Below are positions 45,059 to 54,246 of a stretch of DNA of 64,000 bases, one piece after another. The stretch comes from Candidatus Sulfomarinibacter sp. (lineage in GTDB: Bacteria > Acidobacteriota > Thermoanaerobaculia > Thermoanaerobaculales > Sulfomarinibacteraceae). The stretch is taken from the NCBI GenBank assembly GCA_041560205.1, contig JBFFBV010000015.1:1571-65570 (forward strand). The letters are read 5' to 3'. The position numbers and the translations under genes are program-made. Every line of letters begins with the position of its first letter. The stretch's first letter is position 1. Below the pieces are notes generated by a model. That model saw only the letters and a program-made list of their open reading frames with translations. It did not search any database and had not been told where the DNA came from.

Positions 45059-46263
45059 CTCGCGTCCTCCGAGAGCGCGAAGAGCGCGCCGACCAAGCGG
45101 ATACTCCCGGCCGCTACGACCGGGTCGCACAGGCGGTCGAGTGCCGAGCGTGGGTCCTCGGCGACCTCGGCGCCGGGAAAGGCGGCCGCGATGCGCTCCA
45201 CCGGCATCGCCCGGTCGTCATCGAGGGGACACACGGCGATGTCGCCGACATGGGGCGCCAGGACCTCCGCCATCGCCTCGACGGGCTTGTCGTCGAGACA
45301 GGAGAAGAGCAGATTGTGGCGACGCTCGAGACCGCCGAGGTGATCGGCCAACGCTCGAGCAGCCTCGAGGTTGTGGGCGCAATCCAGGACCACCTCTCGC
45401 CCTCCGACACGGTGCGAGCTGAGCCTCCCTGGCCAATTCACGCTTTCGACCGCAGCCCGAAAGGACCGTGGTTCGAGGACCGGAAACAACCCTGCCTCGG
45501 TGGCTGCCAATGCCAGTGCCAGGGCAAGCTCGAGGTTTTCGAGCTGGAAGGCGCCCGCCAAAGGGAGGTGAACGCGCGTCTCCCGGCCGTTCCATCTGGC
45601 GGCCACGCGCCCATCGCCGTGATCGAAACAGCTGACCACCGACCGTGCACGTTGTGCGCGAGGCGCTCCAAGCTCGGGCAGGAGGGCTTCGTCAACCCCA
45701 GAGCCGACGACCGCGCGGTCCGCAGCCGCCAGCGCGCGACCCTTCTCGCGGGCGACCGCCGCCGGCTCGTTTCCGAGCCATGCAGCGTGATCGCTGCCGA
45801 TATTCGTCAGACCCGCAATGGAGCTTGCAGCGAGCCGGGTGGCGTCCCACGATCCGCCCATCCCCGCTTCGAGAACCGCCACATCGATCTCCGCCTCCGA
45901 GAAGACAGTGAAGGCGGCTGCCGTCAGAGTTTCGAAGTACGTGAGGTCCGGATCGGCGTCGAAGACTCGAAGGTGCCTCTCGAGCACCTGCGAGTCGACG
46001 GGTAACCCGCCGATGCGGATGCGCTCCTCGACCCGCACGAGGTGGGGCGAGGTAAAGAGCCCGGTCGTCAGCTCGTGGGCACGAAGCATCGCCTCGAGCA
46101 GCGCCGCAGTCGAGCCCTTGCCATTGGTGCCGACGATCAGGATCGAGGGAAAATCCAACTGGGGGTTGCCGCGCTCGCTCAGCACCTGCCGCAAGTTCTC
46201 CAGCTGGGGACGGATCCGGCCAGCGGGCCGATCGATCAACGTCAACGGAGGAGGGACAGGCAT
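45055..46263 (-). CDS. folC: Folylpolyglutamate synthase / dihydrofolate synthase
   Basis: P-loop VGTNGKGST and TSPHLV. It follows accD directly, the same accD-folC gene order as in E. coli. Confidence 0.88.
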   Translation of the reverse strand: MPVPPPLTLIDRPAGRIRPQLENLRQVLSERGNPQLDFPSILIVGTNGKGSTAALLEAMLRAHELTTGLFTSPHLVRVEERIRIGGLPVDSQVLERHLRVFDADPDLTYFETLTAAAFTVFSEAEIDVAVLEAGMGGSWDATRLAASSIAGLTNIGSDHAAWLGNEPAAVAREKGRALAAADRAVVGSGVDEALLPELGAPRAQRARSVVSCFDHGDGRVAARWNGRETRVHLPLAGAFQLENLELALALALAATEAGLFPVLEPRSFRAAVESVNWPGRLSSHRVGGREVVLDCAHNLEAARALADHLGGLERRHNLLFSCLDDKPVEAMAEVLAPHVGDIAVCPLDDDRAMPVERIAAAFPGAEVAEDPRSALDRLCDPVVAAGSIRLVGALFALSEDAR

Positions 46264-47042
46264 CGAGCGACGGTGTCCTTGAGCTCGGGCCGCGGAACGA
46301 CCATGTCCAACATGCCGTGCTCGAGGAGAAACTCCGACCTTTGAAATCCTTCGGGCAGGGTTTGGCGGATCGTCTGTTCGATCACTCGCGGGCCAGCGAA
46401 GCCGATCAGCGCCCCGGGCTCGGCAATGTTGAGGTCGCCGAGCATGGCGTAGCTCGCGGTCACGCCGCCCGTGGTCGGGTCGGTGAGCACGGAGACGAAC
46501 GGGAGCCGTTTCTCACGCATTCGTGCCAGCGCCGCCGACACCTTTCCGAGCTGCATCAGCGACAGGATGCCCTCCTGCATTCGCGCCCCGCCCGAGCAGG
46601 ACACGATCACCAGCGGCAGCTTGCGATCGATACACCGCTCGATGGCACGCACCAGCTTCTCGCCGACCGCCGAACCCATGGACCCGCCCATGAATCCGTA
46701 CTCCATGGCGGCGATGATTGTCGGGATCTTGTGGATCTCACCCTGGGCCACGACCACTGCGTCCGAGCCGCCGAACTTCTTGTTGTAGACCTTGAGCCGG
46801 TCGGGATAGGGTTTGGAATCGACGAAGCCCAGCGGGTCTCCCGACCGAATCTTGCCGAAGAACCGCTTGAACCGCCCGTTGTCGAAAAGCAACTTGAGCC
46901 GGAGATCGGCCGAGATCCTGAAATGGTACCCGCACCGGGGGCAGACGTGGTGGTTGCCTGAAACCTCCCGGTGGTAGAGGATCTCCCCGCAGTCGGAACA
47001 TTTGATCCAGAGACCCTGGGATCTGCTCTTTTTATCGGCCAT
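46242..47042 (-). CDS. accD: Acetyl-CoA carboxylase carboxyltransferase beta subunit
   Basis: N-terminal Zn ribbon CSDCGEILYHREVSGNHHVCPRCGYH and carboxyltransferase core GGSMGSAVGEK...SGGARMQEG. Confidence 0.93.
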   Translation of the reverse strand: MADKKSRSQGLWIKCSDCGEILYHREVSGNHHVCPRCGYHFRISADLRLKLLFDNGRFKRFFGKIRSGDPLGFVDSKPYPDRLKVYNKKFGGSDAVVVAQGEIHKIPTIIAAMEYGFMGGSMGSAVGEKLVRAIERCIDRKLPLVIVSCSGGARMQEGILSLMQLGKVSAALARMREKRLPFVSVLTDPTTGGVTASYAMLGDLNIAEPGALIGFAGPRVIEQTIRQTLPEGFQRSEFLLEHGMLDMVVPRPELKDTVARCLSLLR

Positions 47043-47171
47043 CGATCGCTCCGTCTCGTGCGCACCGCAACTCGAAGCTATTGATTGTAGCAGCGATTGG
47101 CGGACGGGCCTCAGAGTCAGCCGCGGAGGTCGGTCCGAGGCGCCAGGCTCGGTCTCACGGCGCCACTGCCA

Positions 47172-47399
47172 TCAACCACCGGATTCTTCACTTTCGAGAT
47201 CGTTCGGGATCCCGAGGCGTTGACAGGCCGCATCGTACATTTGCCTGGCCGCCTTCTGGGCGTTCTGCAACTCGGAGATCTTTTCTTTCACCTTGCCGAG
47301 CTCGACCTGAATCTGTCCCTCGAGGTCCTGAATTTCTTTCTTGGTCTGCTCGAGCGCGTCCTCGTAGAATTTTCTCTGGGCATCTGTCAAGCCAGACAT
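47172..47399 (-). CDS. Small coiled-coil protein
   Basis: 75 aa with a heptad-rich sequence. GGGAGG RBS 6 nt upstream. Starts 13 nt after the kinase-fusion stop. Confidence 0.6.
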   Translation of the reverse strand: MSGLTDAQRKFYEDALEQTKKEIQDLEGQIQVELGKVKEKISELQNAQKAARQMYDAACQRLGIPNDLESEESGG

Positions 47400-47412
47400 C
47401 TCGCCTCCCTGT

Positions 47413-50286
47413 TTACTGGAATTGGAACGGCACCCGGATCGTCACCCACATCCGGACCCTGACACCATCCTTGGTCGCGGGCTTGTAGCGCCAGGTTGTG
47501 ATGGCGTCCTCCGTGGCTTTCTCGAAGCCGACGTTCCGGCCCTCCACTCTGATGATTCGGATCTCTTCCACCGAGCCGTCCACACCGATCAACGCTTCGG
47601 CCTCCACCACGCCCTGCTCGCGATTCCGGCGCGCCATCGGCGGGTAGACCGGCTGCTCTTGATAGATCACGACCGGGGGAACCACGCCCGCACCCCGAAC
47701 CACGATATCGCCCTCACGCACGGATGGGGTCGGCGTCGGCGGGATGGGAGTGGCCGTCGGCGGCAGCGGGGTCGGGGTGTCCGTCGGCACCGGGGTCGGC
47801 GTGTCCGTCGGCACCGGGGTCGGCGTGTCCGTCGGCACCGGGGTCGGAGGGATCGGCGTCGCTGTCGGGAACTCTTCTTCGAGCCGCTTTCGCAGCTCCT
47901 CCTCCTGCTTGGTGATCTCGGCCGCCGCCACCTCGCGCGCCCGCTCGATCAGCTCCTCATCGGACATCAGTCCGACCGTCGGCTCAGGTGTCGGGGTTTC
48001 AGTTGCCGTGACCACGACCGGGACGGCCCTCGCGGTCGGCCGCGGCTGCCCACTCTCACGACCGAAGAAGAACCATCCCCCGGCACCCGCCAACACCACC
48101 ACCAACACCCCGAGGAGCATCCAGAGCCTCTGTCTTCCGGCCCCGGTCGCGGCGCTTTTGAGCTTGAGCCCGGACTCCTCGAGCTCCAGTGAAGGCCTTT
48201 CCGCGGACGGCGGGCGCGCCGACAGCGCCACCTTGAGCTCGTCATCCAGGACCGGGAACTCCTCCGCCTCGACCGGCGGCACGTTGGGAGAGGTTTCGAG
48301 CGGCGATTCGACCACCGGCGTCGTCGGTGGCGGCTCGCGTGGCGCAGGGGGCTTGGCTGGAGGCGGCGCCGATGCGGGCTTCTTGGACTCGGATACCCGT
48401 GGCGCGACGGCCTTCTCGCCCGATTGGGGGCCCTCGAGGAAGGCGACCAGGGCGGAGCTGTCAGCCGACCAGCCCTTCTTTCGCATCACCCGTTCGAGGT
48501 CTCGCCTCATGTCTTCCGCCGATTGATAGCGCTCCTCACGCTCGGCGTTCAGGGCGAGAAACACGATCCGGTCGACGTCGGAGTCGACATCGGGGTTCTT
48601 CATCGACGGCGCAGTGATGATCGGGTCCCGCACCTGCTCGAGGACCGACAGCTCGGAGGTGCCGGTGAAGACCTTTTCGTTGGTCAGCATCTCGAAGAGC
48701 ACCAGGCCGAGGGAAAAAATGTCCGAGCGGTGGTCGATGTCCTTGCCCCATGCCTGCTCGGGCGACATGTACTGCAGCTTGCCCTTGAGGGCACCGGCCC
48801 GGGTCTGGGTCGCCTTGGACGCCGCTTTGGCGATGCCGAAATCGCAGAGTTTGACGTCCCCCTCAAAGGAGATCAGGACGTTTTGCGGCGACACGTCGCG
48901 GTGCACAAGGCCGAGGGCCTGATTGTCGAAATCCCGCTTCTTGTGGGCGTAGTCGAGGGCCGATGCCAGGAGGTCGGTGATGTACAGGGCGAGCTCGATC
49001 GGCATCTTCTGGTCGCGCTCGTGACACTCGGCGAGGATCGAGCGCAGGTCGCGACCCTCGATGTACTCCATGGCGATGTAGTGAGAACGGTCGACCTTGC
49101 CGAGGTCGTAGATATGAATGATGTTGTTGTGGCTGAGCTGGGCGGCGAGTTTCGCTTCATCGATGAACATGCGGACGAACTCGTCGCTGTCGGTCAGCGT
49201 GGAGAGGATTCGCTTGATCGCGACGGTCTTCTGAAAGCCTTCCATTCCAACCATGCGTGCCTTGTAGACATCGGCCATGCCGCCGGTCGCGATGTGCTCC
49301 TCGAGGACGTATTGGCCGAACTGACCGCCCTGCGGCACCGGGCTCTCTGGCGCAATCGGCCGGGAGGTCTCCAGGGGAGGCTTTTTCGCGGCGGGCTGCA
49401 CGGGCTTTTCGGCGGGTGGCGCCGGCTTGGCAGTCGCTGGCGGCGGAACCGGTGGAGCCTTTTCTCGAGCAGGCGGCGAGGAGGCCGATCGCTGCCGCAG
49501 GGCGGCGATATCGAGCCCCGACAAGGTATCCGAGAGCAGCTTGTCGACATCGTCGTCGGTCGACGTGGCCCGGCGCACCGGCGGCGCGGCTTCGGGGCTG
49601 AGGATATCGGAGAGCATCTCGTCGACCGAGGTGTCTGAGAGCTTCGGCGTCGGTTCCGAGGCCGCCGCTTTGACCGGAGGCTTCGATGGTGCCGTTTCGA
49701 CCGGTCGACTCGGCGGCCCCGGCTTGGCGGCCCCCTCCTGAGCGATGTCGGGAGGGGCCTGAACCGGTTGCTGTTCGCCGCCCTCCATGTCCGAGAGGAT
49801 GTCGCCGAAGAGCTCGCTGGATGTGACCTGAGCGTCTTCACCGGAGAGCCCTGCGCTGCGCCGCAGGGTTTCGAGCATCTCCTGCGGTATGGCCTGGGTC
49901 GCAGCGGGGCTCGGCGCACTGCGGATGAGCTCTTCGACCCGGGCGCGAAGCGCTTCGCCCCCGAACGGACGCTCGAGGATGTCCTGAGCGCCGTAACGGA
50001 CCGCATCGTCCTTCGGCTGCTCACCGCGGTAGCCGGACATGAGGATGAGAAAGGGCGTCGCGCGTAGTCCGGCGCGGGCTCGAAGCTGGGTGATCGCGTC
50101 TTCGATCCTCAGATTGGGGAGGACGGAGGTGATGACCACTGCGGCCGGCTCGAAGTTCGCACATCGATTGACCGCTTCATCCATGGTGCTCGTGATCTCG
50201 AGACGAAACTCCGGCCCGGCAAGCGCTTTTCGCACGTGCTCCACGTACCTCGGCTCATACTCGATGACCAGAACATTCGCACTCAT
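47413..50286 (-). CDS. Pseudo-receiver / Ser-Thr protein kinase / TM / Pro-Thr repeat / TonB C-terminal domain fusion protein
   Basis: ATG 50286 (MSANVLVIEYE). The receiver-like fold lacks the acidic pair, the phospho-Asp (VVITSVLPN) and the Lys (ILERPF). Kinase motifs GGMADVYKA, VAIKRI, HRDVSPQNVL, DFGIAK, YMSPE. TM LWMLLGVLVVVLAGAGGWFFF. PTPVPTDT repeats. C-terminus YPPMARRNREQGVVEAEALIGVDGSV...WRYKPATKDGVRVRMWVTIRVPFQFQ is TonB_C. Confidence 0.85.
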   Translation of the reverse strand: MSANVLVIEYEPRYVEHVRKALAGPEFRLEITSTMDEAVNRCANFEPAAVVITSVLPNLRIEDAITQLRARAGLRATPFLILMSGYRGEQPKDDAVRYGAQDILERPFGGEALRARVEELIRSAPSPAATQAIPQEMLETLRRSAGLSGEDAQVTSSELFGDILSDMEGGEQQPVQAPPDIAQEGAAKPGPPSRPVETAPSKPPVKAAASEPTPKLSDTSVDEMLSDILSPEAAPPVRRATSTDDDVDKLLSDTLSGLDIAALRQRSASSPPAREKAPPVPPPATAKPAPPAEKPVQPAAKKPPLETSRPIAPESPVPQGGQFGQYVLEEHIATGGMADVYKARMVGMEGFQKTVAIKRILSTLTDSDEFVRMFIDEAKLAAQLSHNNIIHIYDLGKVDRSHYIAMEYIEGRDLRSILAECHERDQKMPIELALYITDLLASALDYAHKKRDFDNQALGLVHRDVSPQNVLISFEGDVKLCDFGIAKAASKATQTRAGALKGKLQYMSPEQAWGKDIDHRSDIFSLGLVLFEMLTNEKVFTGTSELSVLEQVRDPIITAPSMKNPDVDSDVDRIVFLALNAEREERYQSAEDMRRDLERVMRKKGWSADSSALVAFLEGPQSGEKAVAPRVSESKKPASAPPPAKPPAPREPPPTTPVVESPLETSPNVPPVEAEEFPVLDDELKVALSARPPSAERPSLELEESGLKLKSAATGAGRQRLWMLLGVLVVVLAGAGGWFFFGRESGQPRPTARAVPVVVTATETPTPEPTVGLMSDEELIERAREVAAAEITKQEEELRKRLEEEFPTATPIPPTPVPTDTPTPVPTDTPTPVPTDTPTPLPPTATPIPPTPTPSVREGDIVVRGAGVVPPVVIYQEQPVYPPMARRNREQGVVEAEALIGVDGSVEEIRIIRVEGRNVGFEKATEDAITTWRYKPATKDGVRVRMWVTIRVPFQFQ
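47768..47839. repeat. 3 x 24-bp tandem repeat inside the kinase fusion gene
   Basis: ggggtcgg(g/c)gtgtccgtcggcacc three times, with degenerate copies on both flanks (about 47745-47863). Encodes PTPVPTDT units on the minus strand. Confidence 0.9.
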
Positions 50287-50451
50287 TGCTTCGCCCTCGA
50301 TCTCTCCGATGGTCGAAGAGTCCAAACCTCATTATCGGTGACAGGGGTGCAAAGTCAACCGAGGCAGAGAGGTCCGAGAAATCGCGGGCTATAATGCGGT
50401 CTTCCCCGCAAGGCCACCGCCCGTCACTTGTCGGAGGCACCAGGAGGCGTC

Positions 50452-51201
50452 ATGTCGGGTCACAACAAATGGAGCACGATCAAGCACAAGAAGGGCCGCG
50501 CCGACGCCAAGCGCGGCAAGCTCTTCACCAAGATCATTCGGGAGATCACTGTCGCGGCTCGCGAGGGCGGCGGGGACCCGGACGGCAACCCCCGATTGCG
50601 CGCCGCCGTTTCGGCCGCCAAGGCCGCCAATATGCCTGCCGACAACATCAAGCGCGCCATCGATCGTGGGACCGGCGATCTCGACGGCGTATCGTATGAA
50701 GAAATCAGCTTCGAGGGTTACGGGCCCGGTGGGGTCGCCGTGATGCTCGAGCTCCTCACCGACAACCGGAATCGAACGACCCCAGAGATCCGTCACCTCT
50801 TCTCCAGGTACGGCGGCAACCTCGGTGAAAACGGCTGCGTGTCCTGGCTCTTCAGCCGCAAGGGATTGATCCTGGTTCCCCGCACCGGCGAGATCGACGA
50901 AGACACGATCATGGAGCTGGCGCTCGAGGCCGGGGCCGAGGATCTCGACACCGAAGATCACGACTACTACCGCGTCTACACCTCACCGGACGAGCTGCAC
51001 GCCGTCAAGGAAAAGCTCGAAGCGGGTGATTTGGTGGTCGAGGCGGCGCAAACGGAGATGGAACCGTCGAGCACCACCCGCCTCGAGGGCAAGGCGGCGC
51101 AGCAGATGATCCGCCTCATGGAAGCCTTCGACGACCACGACGACGTGCAGAACGTGTGGGCCAACTTCGACATCGACGACGAGCTCCTCGACGGAAGCTG
51201 A
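50452..51201 (+). CDS. yebC: YebC/PmpR-family transcriptional regulator
   Basis: ATG 50452 after [21 protein letters not shown] start and overall YebC pattern. Confidence 0.92.
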   Translation: MSGHNKWSTIKHKKGRADAKRGKLFTKIIREITVAAREGGGDPDGNPRLRAAVSAAKAANMPADNIKRAIDRGTGDLDGVSYEEISFEGYGPGGVAVMLELLTDNRNRTTPEIRHLFSRYGGNLGENGCVSWLFSRKGLILVPRTGEIDEDTIMELALEAGAEDLDTEDHDYYRVYTSPDELHAVKEKLEAGDLVVEAAQTEMEPSSTTRLEGKAAQQMIRLMEAFDDHDDVQNVWANFDIDDELLDGS

Positions 51202-51212
51202 ACCGGCCAGTC

Positions 51213-51698
51213 ATGGGCGTCCGCATCCTCGGTATCGATCCCGGTTCCAGGGCCACCGGGTGGGCGCTGGTCATCGCAGAGGGGAATCGGTATCGACTCG
51301 AAAGCGCCGGTGTCGTCCGCCCCCGCGGAAGCCATCGTCACGGCCGGCTCGCCGACCTCCAAGACCGCCTCGAAAAAGTGGTCACTACGCTGGCTCCGGA
51401 CTGCGCCGCTGTGGAGTCCTCGTTCTCGGGCCTCAATCCGAAGACCGGCCTCGCGCTCGCCGAGAGCCGCGGCGCCATCCTGGCGGTGCTCGGCAGACTC
51501 GATCTCGATGTTGTGTCGTACAGCCCGGCCCAGGTCAAATCCGCGATCGTCGGCCACGGCCGGGCCGAAAAACAGCAGATTAACTATATGGTCGTGCGCC
51601 TTTTGAGCCTTTCCGAAGCCCCGGCCACCGACGCCGCTGATGCCATCGCGGTGGCCCTCACCCACATCCACCACGGAGGCGCCAGAACATCTCGTTGA
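51213..51698 (+). CDS. ruvC: Holliday-junction resolvase RuvC
   Basis: ILGIDPGSRATGWA (catalytic Asp), VESSF and DAADAIAVALTH motifs. No ruvA or ruvB follows. Confidence 0.9.
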   Translation: MGVRILGIDPGSRATGWALVIAEGNRYRLESAGVVRPRGSHRHGRLADLQDRLEKVVTTLAPDCAAVESSFSGLNPKTGLALAESRGAILAVLGRLDLDVVSYSPAQVKSAIVGHGRAEKQQINYMVVRLLSLSEAPATDAADAIAVALTHIHHGGARTSR

Positions 51699-51875
51699 CG
51701 CCCCATGGGCCCCGTGCTACGATGCCCTGCCTTCATTCTCGAATGGGGCGTGGCAACCCGTGTCGGTGCGGCGATATCAGCCATTTCGAAGGGTCCCGTC
51801 GGCCGGCAAGGACAAAACCGAATGGGCTTGGAACTTATCACCGCCTGAGAACTCTAACCAGGAGGAGGCAAAGCC

Positions 51876-52532
51876 GTGACTGGACAGGTAGCAGAGTATT
51901 TTCGCCAGGGTGGGATCTTCATGTACCCGCTTCTTTTCTTCTCTGTGCTGGCAGCAACCGTGGCCATTGAGCGCTTCATCGTTTTTTCGAAGGCGAAACT
52001 CAATGTCAGCGAGTTCTTGACCAAGATCCGCAAGGCGCTGCTGGTCAACCGCAACGTCAAGGAGGCCATCAAGATCTGCGAGCAGAGCAAGGGCCCAGTC
52101 GCCTCCGTGATGAAGGCCGGCCTGCTGCGATACGGTCACTCTCGAGAGGACATCGAGAAGACCATCGAGAACGCCGCGCTGTATGAGCTCGATCGGCTCG
52201 AGAAGCGTCTCGGCGTGCTGGCGACGACCGCCAACGTGTCGCCGATGCTGGGCTTCCTCGGGACCGTTGCCGGTATGATCAAGAGCTTCGCGACACTCGC
52301 CGAGCAGGGTCTCACCAACCCCGCAGCCGTCGCGGTCGGTATTTCCGAGGCGCTCATCACGACAGCTACCGGTCTCATCATCGCCATCCCGGCGCAGCTG
52401 ATTTACAACTGGTACACCACCAAGATCACGCGCTTTGTGCGTGACATCGAGACGGCCTCGAACATGCTGGTCGAGACCTTCACCGAGATGGACAGCCAGC
52501 GTTATAGCCAGGGAGGCGAGGGCCAGGCCTAG
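51876..52532 (+). CDS. exbB: MotA/TolQ/ExbB proton-channel protein
   Basis: GTG after AGGAGGAGG. Three TM segments. GFLGTVAGM and ISEALITTATGL motifs. Confidence 0.88.
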   Translation: MTGQVAEYFRQGGIFMYPLLFFSVLAATVAIERFIVFSKAKLNVSEFLTKIRKALLVNRNVKEAIKICEQSKGPVASVMKAGLLRYGHSREDIEKTIENAALYELDRLEKRLGVLATTANVSPMLGFLGTVAGMIKSFATLAEQGLTNPAAVAVGISEALITTATGLIIAIPAQLIYNWYTTKITRFVRDIETASNMLVETFTEMDSQRYSQGGEGQA

Positions 52533-52546
52533 AAGGGAGTCCGCAG

Positions 52547-52996
52547 ATGGCACTCATCCGCGGTACACAACGCAAGGATGCAGCACAGATCTTTACCGCA
52601 TCGATGGCGGATATCGTCTTCCTGCTCATCGTGTTCTTCGTGCTCACCTACAAGGTCGAAGTCGACCGCACAAAGATGGACCTTCCCGACACCTGGATTC
52701 GGAACAAGATTCCGGAAAAGGCAGCCGTGATCTCGATCGCTCCGCCCGACGATATGACCGCACCACTGACGGTGCGAGTGTCGACCGGTGAGGAGATGTC
52801 CCTGCCGGTCAGCACCAACGAGGAGGTCGTGACCTTCGCCTCCACCGAGGTGGCGAGGAATCCGCACAAAGAGTTCATTATCAAGGCCGATGAGCAGGTG
52901 CCGTACGAACACGTCGACGCGGTGCTCGATGCGCTCAAACAGTCCAAAGTCAAAAACATCTACCTGCTGTCAGAGCAGAAGACCGTGGACCGGTAG
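52547..52996 (+). CDS. exbD: ExbD/TolR-family protein (copy 1)
   Basis: 149 aa. SMADIVFLLIVFF anchor with conserved Asp, and a periplasmic domain. Confidence 0.85.
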   Translation: MALIRGTQRKDAAQIFTASMADIVFLLIVFFVLTYKVEVDRTKMDLPDTWIRNKIPEKAAVISIAPPDDMTAPLTVRVSTGEEMSLPVSTNEEVVTFASTEVARNPHKEFIIKADEQVPYEHVDAVLDALKQSKVKNIYLLSEQKTVDR

Positions 52997-53008
52997 GCGG
53001 GGGCGACC

Positions 53009-53503
53009 ATGAGGATCAAGAAGAAAGAAATAGCGTCCGAGATCTTCACCGGGTCGATGGCCGACATCTCGTTTTTGCTGATCATCTACTTCATGATCAC
53101 ATCGGCGTTCTCGGCTGATCGCGGTCTCGACTTCGCCCTTCCCGAGGACACCGACACGCCAGAGATCAAGCAGGAGGACTCGATTGACGTCCACGTCCTA
53201 CGCGGCGGTGCGATCGAGGTCGACGCCAAGGGTATTCCTCTCGAGGGACTGCTCCCCTACTGCCTTGAAAAGCTCAAGCAGAATCCCGAGAAACCGGTGA
53301 TTCTGCGCACCGATCCCGACGCCACCTATGGCGACATGATCCGCGTCTTCGACGAGCTGCGTCAGGCCGAAGAAGAGTGGATGGACGGTGATCAACCGCT
53401 CCACATGGACGTCCACGGGAAACCGCTGACCCACATTCAGACCATCTCGATCCCGACTCGACGAGAGATCGAGAACCTGTGGTCGATGCTCGGGATCCAG
53501 TAA
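53009..53503 (+). CDS. exbD: ExbD/TolR-family protein (copy 2)
   Basis: 164 aa with SMADISFLLIIYF anchor. The C-terminal part diverges from copy 1. Confidence 0.85.
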   Translation: MRIKKKEIASEIFTGSMADISFLLIIYFMITSAFSADRGLDFALPEDTDTPEIKQEDSIDVHVLRGGAIEVDAKGIPLEGLLPYCLEKLKQNPEKPVILRTDPDATYGDMIRVFDELRQAEEEWMDGDQPLHMDVHGKPLTHIQTISIPTRREIENLWSMLGIQ

Positions 53504-53514
53504 AGGGGGAAGCC

Positions 53515-54237
53515 ATGAGCGATTCTCCAAAAGCTGCACCGACGAAGCAGGATGACAAGTTGCCGATGACCACGGCCGAGTTGCTCGCCCTCGAGGCGGG
53601 TCAGGACTCCAAGGTCGCCCGGTGGTCTTTCGGCATCGCGGTCATCTTCCATATCATCATCTTCGCCATGCACTGGCCGTCGTTTGCCGGCGGTCTGTCG
53701 GATGCCAAGGAGAAGCGGAGCAAGATCTACGTCGTCAAGCAGGTCAAGTTCAAACAGCCTCCGCGGCGGGAGATGCAGCAGATCCCGAAACCCAAGACCC
53801 AGAAGGTGCCGATCCCCGATCCGACGCCCGACGAGCCGGAGCCGATCCGCGACGAGGATCCCGACGAGGACATCGATTTCGTGCCCGATGACAATCTGGT
53901 TCTCGGCGTTCCGGATGCGCCGCCGCCGCCCGAGCCGGAAGGTCCGATCCGCTTTGTCGTCGGTGGCAATATCACCGAGCCGAAGAAGATCAGCGGACCC
54001 AACCCGGTGTATCCGGAGGCCGCGAGGCGGGCCCGCATTCAGGGCGTTGTGGTTCTGGAGTGCACCATCGGCAAGGATGGTCGGGTGCAGAACGTCAAGG
54101 TCCTTCGTGGCCTGCCTCTCGGTCTGACCGAAACCGCCGTGGACGCTGTCAACAAATGGAGATTCGAGCCTTCGACTCTGAACGGGAAACCGGTGGAGGT
54201 GCTCTACATCCTGACGGTGCGGTTCAACCTGCAGTAA
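53515..54237 (+). CDS. tonB: TonB energy transducer
   Basis: ATG 53515. One TM, a Pro/Glu/Lys-rich rod (PKPKTQKVPIPDPTPDEPEP), and a C-terminal YPEAARRARIQGVVVLECTIGKDGRV...WRFEPSTLNGKPVEV domain. Confidence 0.88.
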   Translation: MSDSPKAAPTKQDDKLPMTTAELLALEAGQDSKVARWSFGIAVIFHIIIFAMHWPSFAGGLSDAKEKRSKIYVVKQVKFKQPPRREMQQIPKPKTQKVPIPDPTPDEPEPIRDEDPDEDIDFVPDDNLVLGVPDAPPPPEPEGPIRFVVGGNITEPKKISGPNPVYPEAARRARIQGVVVLECTIGKDGRVQNVKVLRGLPLGLTETAVDAVNKWRFEPSTLNGKPVEVLYILTVRFNLQ

Positions 54238-54246
54238 TCCTCCACG

